DNA from: Nostoc sp. DedSLP01
GTDB taxonomy: Bacteria; Cyanobacteriota; Cyanobacteriia; Cyanobacteriales; Nostocaceae
NCBI GenBank assembly: GCA_034530875.2
Contig: JAVRCJ020000008.1
Location: 32,001 to 96,000, forward strand
Reading direction: 5' to 3'
Length of the DNA: 64,000 bases
The translations under genes and the position numbers were made by a program. How positions within the stretch are numbered: the first letter of the stretch is position 1; the number at the start of each line of letters is the position of its first letter. The notes under the pieces were generated by a model. It was given only the letters and a program-made list of their open reading frames with translations, was not told where the DNA came from and searched no databases. Of the stretch, positions 31,328 through 42,201 are shown piece by piece.

Positions 31328-32263
31328 ATGAACGAAATTGTCCTACAACAACAAGATCAAGCGGCTCTTCAGCAACAAAAGCCCAAGGAAATGATTCGTC
31401 GCTTGGTGTGGAGAATGTGCATAGCCACTTTGATTTTGATGGCGATAGGTTCTGCCACCCGCGTGATGAATGCTGGGCTTGCTTGCCCAGACTGGCCCTT
31501 GTGCTATGGCGAATTAGTGCCAGCCAAGCAAATGAATTTCCAAGTATTCTTAGAGTGGTTTCACAGATTAGATGCAGCTTTAATTGGTGTCAGCGCGATC
31601 GCACTTTGTGGTTTATCCTGGTGGCATCGTCGCTCGTTAGCCAGTTGGCTGCCTTGGGCATCTACATTTGCCCTATTTCTCATTGTTTTTCAAGGTGTCT
31701 TAGGAGGACTCACCGTCACCGAATTGTTGCGGTTTGATATCGTTACCGCCCATTTGGGAACGGCGCTATTGTTTTTTACCACCTTGCTGATTATTGGTAC
31801 GACACTCACACCCTATCAGGGAACTGGAACCGTTGGTAAGTTACCTTGGGTTGGTTTAACTGCTGCTGTTTTGGTTTACCTGCAAAGTCTTTTAGGTGCT
31901 TTAGTAGGATCTCGTTGGGCGCTACACCAATGCTTCGGCGATTCTCAACTTTGTAGCGTAATGTACAGTCATATTGCTGGTTTGGTACCGCCAACCGTGG
32001 CAACCTTGGCAATGGTATTTATCAGTTGGCGTACACCAGCGCTACATCCAGCCTTGCGGCGACTGGCAAATATGGCTGGCGCATTGTTGAGCTTACAAAT
32101 CTTATTGGGATTCGCCACCTTCAAATTACACCTCCAAGTCGAACCTCTCACCGTCTCTCACCAAGCTGTAGGAGCCGCTTTGCTCGGTACTTTAGTGGCT
32201 TTTACAGTTCTCTCATTGCGCGATTCAGTTAGTGCTGATTCACGAGTACTGAGTGCTGAGTAG
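31328..32263 (+). CDS. ctaA: Heme A synthase (COX15/CtaA)
   Basis: GLACPDWPLC, EWFHR, VTAHL. Start taken at MNEIV; the upstream extension reads through a repeat element. Confidence 0.92.
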   Translation: MNEIVLQQQDQAALQQQKPKEMIRRLVWRMCIATLILMAIGSATRVMNAGLACPDWPLCYGELVPAKQMNFQVFLEWFHRLDAALIGVSAIALCGLSWWHRRSLASWLPWASTFALFLIVFQGVLGGLTVTELLRFDIVTAHLGTALLFFTTLLIIGTTLTPYQGTGTVGKLPWVGLTAAVLVYLQSLLGALVGSRWALHQCFGDSQLCSVMYSHIAGLVPPTVATLAMVFISWRTPALHPALRRLANMAGALLSLQILLGFATFKLHLQVEPLTVSHQAVGAALLGTLVAFTVLSLRDSVSADSRVLSAE

Positions 32264-32425
32264 GGCATTGGGTAGGAGGCAAGAGGCAGGAGGCAGGAGG
32301 CAGAGGAGAGAATTAAAAATTACCTCTTTCCTCCTGCTCTCTGCTCCATGCTCCACATCTCACCATCTCACCATCTCCCCATCTCCCTACTCCCCGTTAT
32401 TGAAAAATAAGGAACCAGAGTCAAC

Positions 32426-33379
32426 ATGATTGAGACTAATGTCTCTCGCCACCACCAAACTTTTCTCCAAGTAATTCAAAGTTACTACCAGCTGACTAAG
32501 CCGCGGATTATTCCGTTGCTTTTAATTACTACAGCTGGCAGTATGTGGATTGCTGCTAAGGGACAAGTAGACCCATTGCTGTTACTAGTAACTCTGACTG
32601 GTGGCACTCTGGCTGCTGCAAGCGCCCAAACTATTAACTGTATCTATGACCGAGATATTGATTATGACATGGAGCGAACTCGCCATCGCCCCATGCCTTC
32701 CGGTAAGGTACAACCGCGCGATGCGCTAATTTTTGCGATCGCTCTAGCAACACTTTCGTTTACACTACTGGCAGTTTTTGCCAACTTATTAGCTGCGGTG
32801 CTAGCTTTCTCTGGCATCGTCTTTTATATTTTGGTCTATACCCACTGGCTAAAACGTCACAGTACACAAAATATCGTCATTGGTGGTGCTGCTGGGGCAA
32901 TTCCGGCTTTGGTGGGTTGGGCTGCTGTGACCGGTACTTTAAGCTGGGCAGCATGGTTAATTTTTGCCATCGTCTTTTTGTGGACGCCGCCCCATTTCTG
33001 GGCGTTAGCTTTGATGATTCGGGACGACTACGCCAAAGTCGGAATACCGATGCTACCGGTAGTTAAAGGCGATACGGCAACAGTAAGGCAAATTTGGTAT
33101 TACACCTTAATTACTGTAGTTGCAACAGTATTGTTAGTTTATCCTTTGGGTGCGAGTGGAGTTCTTTATGCTGCGATCGCTGTGAGTCTTGGAGGATTAT
33201 TTATCCACAAATCTTGGCGGTTGTTGCAAAATCCCGAAGATCGTACCGTTGCTAGAGAGTTATTCCTCTATTCCATTTCCTACATGATGCTGTTGTGTTT
33301 GGGGATGGTAATTGATAGTCTTCCTATTACTCATCATCTAATTAGTGCAGTAATTAATCAGCTGCATTTTATTAGTTAG
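32426..33379 (+). CDS. ctaB: Protoheme IX farnesyltransferase (heme O synthase)
   Basis: [52 protein letters not shown]. Confidence 0.96.
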   Translation: MIETNVSRHHQTFLQVIQSYYQLTKPRIIPLLLITTAGSMWIAAKGQVDPLLLLVTLTGGTLAAASAQTINCIYDRDIDYDMERTRHRPMPSGKVQPRDALIFAIALATLSFTLLAVFANLLAAVLAFSGIVFYILVYTHWLKRHSTQNIVIGGAAGAIPALVGWAAVTGTLSWAAWLIFAIVFLWTPPHFWALALMIRDDYAKVGIPMLPVVKGDTATVRQIWYYTLITVVATVLLVYPLGASGVLYAAIAVSLGGLFIHKSWRLLQNPEDRTVARELFLYSISYMMLLCLGMVIDSLPITHHLISAVINQLHFIS

Positions 33380-33532
33380 GGGCAGAAAAGTTAATGCGAT
33401 CGCGTTGGTTAAAGTGGCGCGATCGTATTTTTATAAATTAGAAATTAAAAACAAAAATTTGTTAAACATAATTAGAGTTTAGTAAATTTATTAAACATTA
33501 ATTACACTTACCTCTCGATCTATTTTTCATAG

Positions 33533-33775
33533 TTACGAAAAAAGCACCGTCAGTAATTCGTCACGAGTTAAACCAGCATGACCAGCAACATCTCTCAGTA
33601 TGGCGTTAAGGGTGCCAATTTTAATAGGATCGTGGGCTGGGATTGTGACATGATGCTCACCATTCTGTTGAGTAGTTAACCGAATGTGGCTACCCGTCTG
33701 ATGATTAACTTCGTATCCTAGACGAGCAAGAGCGTTAACTAATTCTAAACCAGATAAGTCTCGTGGGAGTTTCAA
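33533..33775 (-). CDS. HicA-family toxin
   Basis: MKLPRDLSG...GYEVNHQTGSHIRL...IPAHDPIKIGTLNAIL. Confidence 0.88.
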   Translation of the reverse strand: MKLPRDLSGLELVNALARLGYEVNHQTGSHIRLTTQQNGEHHVTIPAHDPIKIGTLNAILRDVAGHAGLTRDELLTVLFS

Positions 33776-33981
33776 GAAGCTATCACCTCATCACGGACTA
33801 TATGTAACCGAATAATCTTAGGACGGTTTTGTTCGTTAGGAAAATGGCAGCGAACGGCATCACGAACCATTTCTCGTAGTGTTTCTATATCGTCAGCCTG
33901 AGTAAAAATTGATTCAGTTAAACCTCTAGCCGTATAACCACCGTCCGGATCGTCTTCTATGAGAAATACAATTTCAGTCAT
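33772..33981 (-). CDS. HicB-like antitoxin (short)
   Basis: EIVFLIEDDPDGGYTARGLTESIFTQAD...MVRDAVRCHF; overlaps hicA by 4 nt. Confidence 0.82.
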   Translation of the reverse strand: MTEIVFLIEDDPDGGYTARGLTESIFTQADDIETLREMVRDAVRCHFPNEQNRPKIIRLHIVRDEVIAS

Positions 33982-34018
33982 AGTAATTTCATAGTAATTT
34001 TTCTTTTACTACTAAATT

Positions 34019-35725
34019 TTATAATTCGGAAGCCCTAACACGAGAGAAAAAATCTTCCCAAGCACCAGAATAACCAAATATTAACTTTCTTCCTTCTCCA
34101 CCCCAAAAAGTAGGAAATGCTCCTTCTGGTGCATCAATACTAAAAGTAAGTTCAGAATATTGTTTCCAGCGATTATCGACACGCCAACCTAAGCGATCGC
34201 CTACTTTAATCCAATCCCGATCTAATTTTAACCAAATTTTTCTTTGGACACTAAAGCCAAAATGCCCATTACTACACTTTAGCCAAATTTCATTAATCTT
34301 ACTGATATCTTGGCAGGGAAATCTGTTGATACTGTCTGAGTTCAGGTAGTTCTCTTGTTCTCGACAAGATATTTTCAACATAAGTGTGCCAGTTACTTGA
34401 TCGGCGTCTTTCCACTTACCTGCTTCTAGCAAACTATTTAACATTTGTTCGTGATCTATTCGTATAAGGAAAAAATCATCTGACTCTGCTAAAGTACTCC
34501 GTTTGCCAAAAATTCCGTTACCATCAGCAGAAATTTTTGCTTCACTTACTCCCTTTTGCCATTTCCACCACCAATGCTCTGAGTAAACTTCATTCTCTCG
34601 AATAATTACCTCACTAGTTTTAGGATTAATTTCTCCATTAATTTTAATCCGATAAGTGCAGCCTAAACCTACATCTCTAACATTCAAATTTCCAGCAAAT
34701 GAGTTTCCATACTGTTTAGCAATACATAGAGTAACAAAAATATGGTGTCTAGTTCTGGATTTGCCAGACCAAGTACCAACTAGTGAAAAAGAAAAAAGTT
34801 CTAATTCTATATTCGATTCGGGCAGCACATAATTGGAATAATCTTTTAATATTTCATCTGTAGATTGATAGCGTTCTTTAACATAATCATGAATTAACTT
34901 ATCTAAAACTTCCCCCAAATGAGGAGTAATACTTTGGCCTTGGAGCAAGCGTTCTCTCCAATTCCAGCAACCTTTTAACCCATCATAAAGTTCATCAGGA
35001 GCATCTGCTTTTGGTAAACATTTGGTTAAGAGCCGAATGCAAGTTACGCCTAAACTGTAAAGATCGCTTGCAGGGAAAGCTTGACCGCGCATTTGTTCGA
35101 TTGGTGCATATCCAGGTGTTCCAACTGTTGTGCCAACACCTAAAAAACTTCCCGTAATCTGTTTAGAAACACCAAAATCAATTAATATCAACTTGCCATC
35201 TTGACGCCGACGCATGATATTTTCTGGTTTGATGTCTCGATGAATTACACCACGTTCATGGATGAACTTCAGAATAGGCAATATATCAACCAAAAGCTGT
35301 TTTATCTTTTCTTCGCTAAAGGCTCCCTGTTGCTGCAATTCTTGTAATAAATTTTGTCCTTCAATTAACTCTTGTACCAAATAAAGTCACTTATCTTGTT
35401 CAAAATAAGCAATCAGGCGGGGAATTTGTGGATGTTCGCCTAAGTCATATAGTCGCTTTGCTTCTTGCTTAAATAACTCGCTAGCTTTCTCAAGTGCAGT
35501 TGTTCCTTGAACTTGCGGAACAAATTGTTTAATTACACAAGGTTCATCTATCCTATCTGTATCTCTAGCTTCATAAGTTTTGCTAAATCCACCCTCACCC
35601 AAAAGTCGTATTACTCAGAAGCGATTTCTGAATAAAAGTGTGAGTGTTTGACCACACTTAATGCAAAACTTATTGTTATCAGCATTAAACGTATTTGAGC
35701 AGCTGGGATTGGAACAGCAAAGCAT
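34019..35725 (-). pseudogene. Ser/Thr kinase with N-terminal Cys motif and C-terminal GUN4-like domain; two in-frame TGA stops
   Basis: One frame reads CCSNPSC...CIKCG...NRF*VIRLLGEGGFS...QDK*LYLVQE...HRDIKPEN...DFG...WKDADQVT...SNGHFGFSVQ. Stops at 35615-35617 and 35387-35389. Confidence 0.88.
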
Positions 35726-35899
35726 ATTTGGAAATTTATCAGCAGATGGTGTTATGTTGAGTTTTCCCATTTTCTGCCTCATCAATTTCATGATTCTCAA
35801 TTATTGAGTAAATTTACTTCTAGCGGCGTCCACAGTCTTAAGTCGGTTTTGCTAGCGTAGTGATATAGGGTTTATCACTCCACAGCACGAGGTTTTAAT

Positions 35900-36775
35900 A
35901 TGGCTCATTTAAATCAGCGTCGCGCCCAAAATGTTAACGGCGATTTTTATGTAGATACTACTTGTATTGATTGTGATACCTGTCGCTGGATGACTCCAGA
36001 AGTTTTTTCTCGTGTTGATGAGCAGTCAGCAGTTTATCATCAACCAACAAATGAAGCCGAAAGATTAGCAGCCCTGGAAGCACTTTTAGCTTGTCCTACT
36101 AGTTCTATTGGCACAGTTGAAAAACCAAAAGATATCAAAGCTGCTCAGGAAAGTTTTCCCAAATTAGTAGAGGAAAATGTTTACCATTGTGGCTATCATT
36201 CTGAGAAATCTTACGCTGCTGCTAGCTATTTTATTCAACTTCCAGAAGGTAATATTTTAGTCGATTCTCCCCGATTTACGCCGCCTTTAGTTAAGCGTTT
36301 AGAAGAGATGGGTGGAATTCGTTATATGTACCTAACTCACAGCGATGATGTGGCAGATCATCAAAAGTTTGCCGAGCATTTTCAATGTCAGCGCATCCTG
36401 CACGCAGATGAAATTTCTGCGGGTACTCGCAATGTAGAAATACAGCTAACTGGTTTTGAGCTGTTTACTTTGGGTGAGGATTTATTAATTATTCCAGTTC
36501 CAGGCCACACTAAAGGACACACCGTTTTACTTTATAAAAACAAGTTTCTCTTTACTGGCGACCATCTCGCTTGGTCAGAAAGGTTGCACCAGTTGGCTGC
36601 ATTCCATAGTGTTTGCTGGTATTCTTGGCCAGAACAAATTAAATCAATGCGTAACTTGGCTAATTACTCTTTTGAATGGGTGCTACCTGGTCATGGACGG
36701 AGGTTTCATGCTGATAGGGAAACAATGCGCCAGCAGATGCACAAATGTATTGAGTTGATGGAATCTTTGAAGTAG
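35900..36775 (+). CDS. Ferredoxin-fused MBL-fold metallo-hydrolase
   Basis: CIDCDTC...CP at the N-terminus; THSDD, PGHTKGH, TGDH, PGHG. Confidence 0.9.
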   Translation: MAHLNQRRAQNVNGDFYVDTTCIDCDTCRWMTPEVFSRVDEQSAVYHQPTNEAERLAALEALLACPTSSIGTVEKPKDIKAAQESFPKLVEENVYHCGYHSEKSYAAASYFIQLPEGNILVDSPRFTPPLVKRLEEMGGIRYMYLTHSDDVADHQKFAEHFQCQRILHADEISAGTRNVEIQLTGFELFTLGEDLLIIPVPGHTKGHTVLLYKNKFLFTGDHLAWSERLHQLAAFHSVCWYSWPEQIKSMRNLANYSFEWVLPGHGRRFHADRETMRQQMHKCIELMESLK

Positions 36776-36911
36776 ATTTGCTGGTGTTGAGACTTGTTAA
36801 TTGTGGTGTAAGCCCGACTTTTACAAAAAGTCGGGGATCTGATTTATTGTTCAAGTAGCGGTCATAAACAGAATTGACAATGAGGGTATGAAAATTTCTA
36901 ACTGATAACTG

Positions 36912-37235
36912 TTAAACCTCTTGCTGATTTAACCAAGTGACTAAATCAGGTAGTGATGAGAATCTGAAAATAGCTCTACCTAATGCTTCTAAGCGTTCTT
37001 TACTTAAAACTTGCAATCGCTCAATAATTGACGCGTCAATTTCACCAAAACGTTCATCAAGTAAAAATAGACAAAATCTCAGTGCTTCTTTTTGTTCGCC
37101 CTTCTGCAAAATATGTTGATAAATCACTGATTCTTGCATAGTTTCCTCCCGTAATAATTGCAAAATCAAATCTTTTTCAAACTTTAACCCTGCTAATATT
37201 TCTGTATATGTAGCCGTATTTTGTCTAGTCTCAAT
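36912..37235 (-). pseudogene. C-terminal remnant of an Rpn/DUF4351-type protein
   Basis: EILAGLKFEKDLILQLLREETMQESVIYQ...RFGEID...LEALGRAIFRFSSLPDLVTWL. The N-terminal nuclease-like part is absent; the kelch gene ends there. Confidence 0.7.
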
Positions 37236-38373
37236 ATAATTCATCGGTTTCAAGAATATATACTTGATTATCATAGCTATGATTGCCGGCTTCAGTATCA
37301 ATCCATAAGCCACCATAGATAATCGTTTGAGAATTAAATTGTATAGTTGAATGACCAAATCTAGGAGGAGGAAACTTTCCTTCTACTTCTGGAATAATTC
37401 CTGTATAAGTTCCACAACTAGCTTCTTCAACAGCAGCCATATTCAATACAACTAAATCGCCAATAGTTACATGGCTAATACCATTACCTGGAGCCATACC
37501 GGCAAACAAAACTAGGTTATCTCCAAATTTTCCATAGCCATGAATTGTTCGATAGGGAATTCCATCTTCGTCATCCATATCATCATAATCTTCATAATCT
37601 TCTTCATCGCTCTCAGGCAAAGGTATTTGATAACTATAGTTTTCTATGCCTTTAAATTCAGCTTTTTGCCACTGAAGCTCCGATAGATTTTGGGAATCAA
37701 AATCTATCAACTCTAAAGTTAAAATATTTGAGCAAAATCCACCGTAAGCAGCATCGCCCAAAAATTTCACTAATGTATTGCCTCTAATTATTAATCCAGC
37801 TAAGGCAGAGCTATAATAATTGTTAACTTGGATATTTATCCAGCACATATTTGTGATATCGAGCAGATGCAAATCAGCTAGTGCTGTGTACATATCATAA
37901 GAACCACCATCAATTAATAATTTATCTTGAAACAACGCTGCACTATGATGAGAACGAGGTGTTGGTGGTGTTCCAGTAGGGCTAATTTGCGACCACTGCC
38001 AAGTTTTTAGATTTAGTATATGAACATCAATATCGCTAAAAATATATCCTCCATCTTTTGCCTCTTGGTATCCTCCCCAAACTAGCATTTTGTTTTCAGC
38101 TAAAACAGCAGTATGAAAGCTTCTTTTGCTAGGAATGTCACCGGAAACTTGGGGTTGTATCCAAGTCCAAGTTTCTAAATCCAGCACATGTATATCATTT
38201 AGAGTTTCAAACGTATCATTGTTTTCTCCACCAAAAATAATCATAGCGTTTTGATACAAAATAGCTGAATGTCCGTATCTTGGCTGAGGAGGTTTGCCTT
38301 GAATTTTTGGATTTTTCCAGATAAAGCGGGGATGTTGAATTTGCATTGGTGTATCCCGGTCAAAACGAATCAA
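37231..38373 (-). CDS. Kelch-repeat beta-propeller protein
   Basis: Repeated PRYGHSA/RSFHTA/RSHHSA/RFGHS...FGG...W motifs; acidic loop; start may be 38346. Confidence 0.88.
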   Translation of the reverse strand: MIRFDRDTPMQIQHPRFIWKNPKIQGKPPQPRYGHSAILYQNAMIIFGGENNDTFETLNDIHVLDLETWTWIQPQVSGDIPSKRSFHTAVLAENKMLVWGGYQEAKDGGYIFSDIDVHILNLKTWQWSQISPTGTPPTPRSHHSAALFQDKLLIDGGSYDMYTALADLHLLDITNMCWINIQVNNYYSSALAGLIIRGNTLVKFLGDAAYGGFCSNILTLELIDFDSQNLSELQWQKAEFKGIENYSYQIPLPESDEEDYEDYDDMDDEDGIPYRTIHGYGKFGDNLVLFAGMAPGNGISHVTIGDLVVLNMAAVEEASCGTYTGIIPEVEGKFPPPRFGHSTIQFNSQTIIYGGLWIDTEAGNHSYDNQVYILETDELY

Positions 38374-38921
38374 TTCATTAAATAAAAGCAGAAAATTTCT
38401 GTTACCTTACCTTTTTCAAAAGTAAAGTTTAAACCTCCAGGGCTGGGTTCTTCAACTATATAATTTAAATAGGTCAACTTTCCCTCTTGGGTGACTTGAG
38501 TTTTGCCATAAGCTTTAATTACTTTTGATTGTGGATCGCCGACTTTGACTTTATCTATAGTTGAATATTTAGGACTAGTTGCTTTTATTTGGTAAACACT
38601 AAATCTTCCTGGTTGAGCATCTTCAGCTAAATCAACTGTAATACCTGCATATTTAAGAGTACGAACTTTGCCAATAGCAGGCATAAAATTATTTTCTACT
38701 TTTACAGGTTTACCTAAAATTTTTCTGACTTGTGCTTCGGGCATAGAAAGTTTTATGCCTCCAATTCCTAGACGTTCGATAGTGATTTTGATTGATTGGT
38801 TCTGAGAAATTTGATAATTGGCAGTGGTAGCAATTACTGGATTAGGGTTATAGTTAATTAAGGGAATAACAAAAGTGGCAATCGCTAACGAAATTGCTCT
38901 TAACATAATTACATACTCCAC
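38370..38921 (-). CDS. Hypothetical exported protein
   Basis: Hydrophobic N-terminus; two IKLSM/VKVGD...V.K.(L/Y)GK half repeats. Confidence 0.7.
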   Translation of the reverse strand: MEYVIMLRAISLAIATFVIPLINYNPNPVIATTANYQISQNQSIKITIERLGIGGIKLSMPEAQVRKILGKPVKVENNFMPAIGKVRTLKYAGITVDLAEDAQPGRFSVYQIKATSPKYSTIDKVKVGDPQSKVIKAYGKTQVTQEGKLTYLNYIVEEPSPGGLNFTFEKGKVTEIFCFYLMN

Positions 38922-39038
38922 TAGAAACTCAGCCTGTGTATCAGTTATATTACATGCTTTTTAGCACGTATTTTAAATTAGATGTAAAGTACTTTAAAAT
39001 GAAAAAATATAAAGATTTATTGGGAGGAATCAATCGTT

Positions 39039-39590
39039 ATGAGTTTGATTCTTGCAAAGTGGACGATTGAAGAATATCATCGGATGATTGAGGCTGGGGT
39101 TTTGAGCGATCGCCAAGTTGAACTACTCAAAGGAGAAATTGTTGAAATATCTCCGGAAGTAGTAGCTCATGCTTATTCCAGTGATGAAGCTGGTGAATAT
39201 CTCGCAAAATTATTAGGTCAACGCGCTAAAGTTCGTCATGTTAAACCAATAACCCTACCTAACGACTCAGAACCAGAACCAGATATTGCTATTGTTCAAC
39301 CCTTAGAACGCGAGTATCGAGAACATCATCCCTATTCAGAAAATATTTTTTGGTTGATTGAATATGCTAATTCCAGTTTAGAAAAAGATTTAGAGATAAA
39401 AAGTAAAATTTACGCCCAAGCAGGTATTTTAGAATATTGGGTTGTCAATCTCAAAAAGCTAAATTTAGTAATATTTCGAGAAATAGTAGACGGAGATTAC
39501 GCCACAAAGCTGACATTAACAGCAGGAATAATTCAACCTCTTGCATTTCCAGATGTTTCAATTGCAGTGGCACAAATTATTAACAGTTAA
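39039..39590 (+). CDS. Uma2 family endonuclease
   Basis: WTIEEYHRM, VELLKGEI, SEPEPD, IEYANSSL, YAQAGILEYWVVNL. Confidence 0.9.
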   Translation: MSLILAKWTIEEYHRMIEAGVLSDRQVELLKGEIVEISPEVVAHAYSSDEAGEYLAKLLGQRAKVRHVKPITLPNDSEPEPDIAIVQPLEREYREHHPYSENIFWLIEYANSSLEKDLEIKSKIYAQAGILEYWVVNLKKLNLVIFREIVDGDYATKLTLTAGIIQPLAFPDVSIAVAQIINS

Positions 39591-39597
39591 ATTAATT

Positions 39598-39716
39598 TAT
39601 AGCGTTTCCAATTCTGGTGAGGTACAAAATTCCCCCTCCCCAACCCTCCCCTTGCCAAGGAGAGGGTGCGCGATAGCGCGGGTGGGGTGTATTTCATGTG
39701 CTTGGTAATTGTTATA
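39598..39716. mobile_element. MITE-like element with CCCTCCCCTTGCCAAGGAGAGGG core
   Basis: Imperfect ends TATAGCGTTTCCAA / TTGGTAATTGTTATA; the core matches 62677-62730 in reverse orientation. Confidence 0.65.
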
Positions 39717-39733
39717 TACTCTTTTTTAAGTTA

Positions 39734-41122
39734 TCAAAATTTAACAAACAAATATACATCATCGCGCTGATATTTCAACTTAAATTGTTGATTGTTTTTT
39801 AGTTTATTGACCAAACTAACAGCAAATTCCTGATTACTCAACCAGCCAGGATGACGGACATTGAGCAATATATAATCAAAAATATTTAAATTAGCAGGTG
39901 GGGAATCGGCATTTGTCAAAGTAATCAATTTTCGATGGCTTAAATGCGGAGCAATTTTTACTGTGGTGTAAACGCTTCCTTGAGTTTGAATTTGGGCGAT
40001 CGCTTGTTTTGTTGCTTGCCAAGTATCTATAGATGCCAAATATCTCCCCCCAAAATATGTAAACTTTGCCAGACTCAAAAATGCCACCAATGACCAGAGG
40101 ATAATTGCTCGTTTGTTTTGTAGCCATCCTTTACCTGCGGCGAGACTGGAAATTACAGCTAACAACAGAAATGGCAATGCTGGTAGAGAGTAATGGTATA
40201 TCAAGTCTTTTTGAGCTTGGTAATCAGCTAGAATGTTGAGCGCTACACAAGGAATAGCTCCTATTAAAGGTTTTATTCCTTGTAAAGAAAGCCCCCAAAT
40301 CACAGGTGCTAGCAACAAAAGCAAATATGCCAAATTATTCAGTGAAAAAACTTTTACCAAGATAAATCCTGGCTGAAACAGTATATTTTGAGCAATGCCT
40401 AAAACTGAATTACCTAAATAGCTGTAACGTGCCATTGCTGTTGCTTCTGCACTGTTGAAAAAAGGAATAATTACTTGGGTAGCAATCAAAAACCAGGCGA
40501 TACCACTACAAAGAGCGATCGCACCATACAAACGCCGCTTTTCAAAAAAAAGTAACCAAACTCCCATCGCCGCAACGGTGAGCGATAATACCTGCTTACA
40601 TCCAAAGACTAGGAAAATACACAAACAAAACCACCCCAACTGCCCTAATCTTGCAGCTAAAACCGCCGCCAAGAGTAGCGGTACAGCGATCGCTTCTGGG
40701 TGAAAATCAAATAAATTGGCGTTAAATACCACCGGATAAAGGAGATATACAAATGCGATCGCTACTGCTTGACTTTCCTTGAGTTTTGCTTGGCGGGCTA
40801 AATACCAAGTAGCCAAAGCGCCTAATGCTAAGGCAAATGCCTGCACGGTAAATAACCAGTATACGCTGGGGTAAATTTTGTACAGTAAAGCTAAGGGATA
40901 GAAAATCCAAGCACCATGATCGCCGAGAATGTGAAAACCTATTAAAGAACTAATAGGTGGTTGTCCTTGACTAATTAAATAAATCGCCTGGTCAAAAATT
41001 GCTAAGTCAAAGGCGGTTGATTGAAACAACTCGTGTCGTAAGCTGCTGCACGATAATAAAATTAACGCACTCGCGCTAATTATCCAACCAACACTACCAA
41101 GCTGATTGAATTTTTTTCTCAT
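39734..41122 (-). CDS. DUF2079 family membrane protein (GT-C-like)
   Basis: FDLAIFDQAIYLIS, ILGDH, FDFHPE, YHYSLP; many TM segments. Confidence 0.85.
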   Translation of the reverse strand: MRKKFNQLGSVGWIISASALILLSCSSLRHELFQSTAFDLAIFDQAIYLISQGQPPISSLIGFHILGDHGAWIFYPLALLYKIYPSVYWLFTVQAFALALGALATWYLARQAKLKESQAVAIAFVYLLYPVVFNANLFDFHPEAIAVPLLLAAVLAARLGQLGWFCLCIFLVFGCKQVLSLTVAAMGVWLLFFEKRRLYGAIALCSGIAWFLIATQVIIPFFNSAEATAMARYSYLGNSVLGIAQNILFQPGFILVKVFSLNNLAYLLLLLAPVIWGLSLQGIKPLIGAIPCVALNILADYQAQKDLIYHYSLPALPFLLLAVISSLAAGKGWLQNKRAIILWSLVAFLSLAKFTYFGGRYLASIDTWQATKQAIAQIQTQGSVYTTVKIAPHLSHRKLITLTNADSPPANLNIFDYILLNVRHPGWLSNQEFAVSLVNKLKNNQQFKLKYQRDDVYLFVKF

Positions 41123-41235
41123 CCCATCAGAATTTCCAATTTGGTGGCTCTCGTCATGGTTGGTTTTGAATCCCCATGTGTTGCGTCAGCTTGCCGCAGG
41201 GTACGAAACCTTCTGCCTTCTGCCTCCTGCCTTCT

Positions 41236-42201
41236 TCAAGATTCTTCGTTTGTTGCTTTCACAACAGACCGACTAGATTGGGCTAGATAAATACCTACTA
41301 AAACTACGGCAAAAGCCATCCAGTCAAACAAACCTACTTCTTCTGAAAAAATCAACCAGGCAAAAATTGAAGCTAAAACTGGTTCGGCTAGAAGGGTGAC
41401 GGCAACGACTCCTGAAGAGATTCTGCTAAGGCTGTAAGCTAAAAGCCCTTGACCCAACACTTGGCAAAAAAGGGCTTGAAAAATAATGAAGAACCAACCC
41501 ATCGATGAATTGGGGAGTAGTCTATCTTCGAGGAATGGCAGGACTGGTAGTAGAAACATTGTCGTGATTCCACAGCGCCACAGCATGATGGTTGCGGTGC
41601 TAAATCGAGACCGGAGTCGTTCTATTAGCAACATGCACGTTGCCATGAAAATCGCAGTCAGAAATGCTAAGGCATCGCCAAGTATTTGGTCAGTGGCAAA
41701 TTGCACCTTATTGATTTCAAATGCGATCGCTCCCAGCAAGGCGATGGCCAAACCAACAACAAATCTGTAATCGAAGCGGCGACCGAATAACAGATACCCA
41801 GCCAAAGCAACGAATAAGGAATTTAAATTAGACAGTAAAGCTACATTAGCAACATTAGTTTGACTCAGCGACCAAGCCCACAAAAGTAGGTAGGTTGCAG
41901 CAGCAGTTCCCATTGCTAACAACAGCCAGATTTCTTTTTTGGTTAAAGGCGTATGTGTAATCGATTGATTTTCGGATTGTTGGTAGCGGAAAGCCTCAAG
42001 CCCATTCCAGAGAGCAAAGACGATTGTAGCAATCCAACTCCGATGAAATACTACAGCATTGGCGCCGATTTCTAGTTGACATAGCTTAGTCAAAGATGGC
42101 GCCAAAGATATGGGAATAAGGGCAAAAAATAATGACAAAGTTCCTACTAAAGCTGGTGTTAAGGACAACTTTTGTTGTAGGAATGCCTGTTTTGTCGTCA
42201 T
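41236..42201 (-). CDS. DMT/EamA family transporter
   Basis: About 10 TM; WAWSLSQTNVAN, GQGLLAYSL, LAEPVLA. Confidence 0.9.
   Translation of the reverse strand: MTTKQAFLQQKLSLTPALVGTLSLFFALIPISLAPSLTKLCQLEIGANAVVFHRSWIATIVFALWNGLEAFRYQQSENQSITHTPLTKKEIWLLLAMGTAAATYLLLWAWSLSQTNVANVALLSNLNSLFVALAGYLLFGRRFDYRFVVGLAIALLGAIAFEINKVQFATDQILGDALAFLTAIFMATCMLLIERLRSRFSTATIMLWRCGITTMFLLPVLPFLEDRLLPNSSMGWFFIIFQALFCQVLGQGLLAYSLSRISSGVVAVTLLAEPVLASIFAWLIFSEEVGLFDWMAFAVVLVGIYLAQSSRSVVKATNEES

Noticed and set aside
35387..35617. Stop-codon readthrough or recoding (TGA) in the kinase and PIN genes
   Set aside because: Intact genes in the window use TGA as a normal stop, no SECIS-like context was seen, and simple nonsense mutation explains it.
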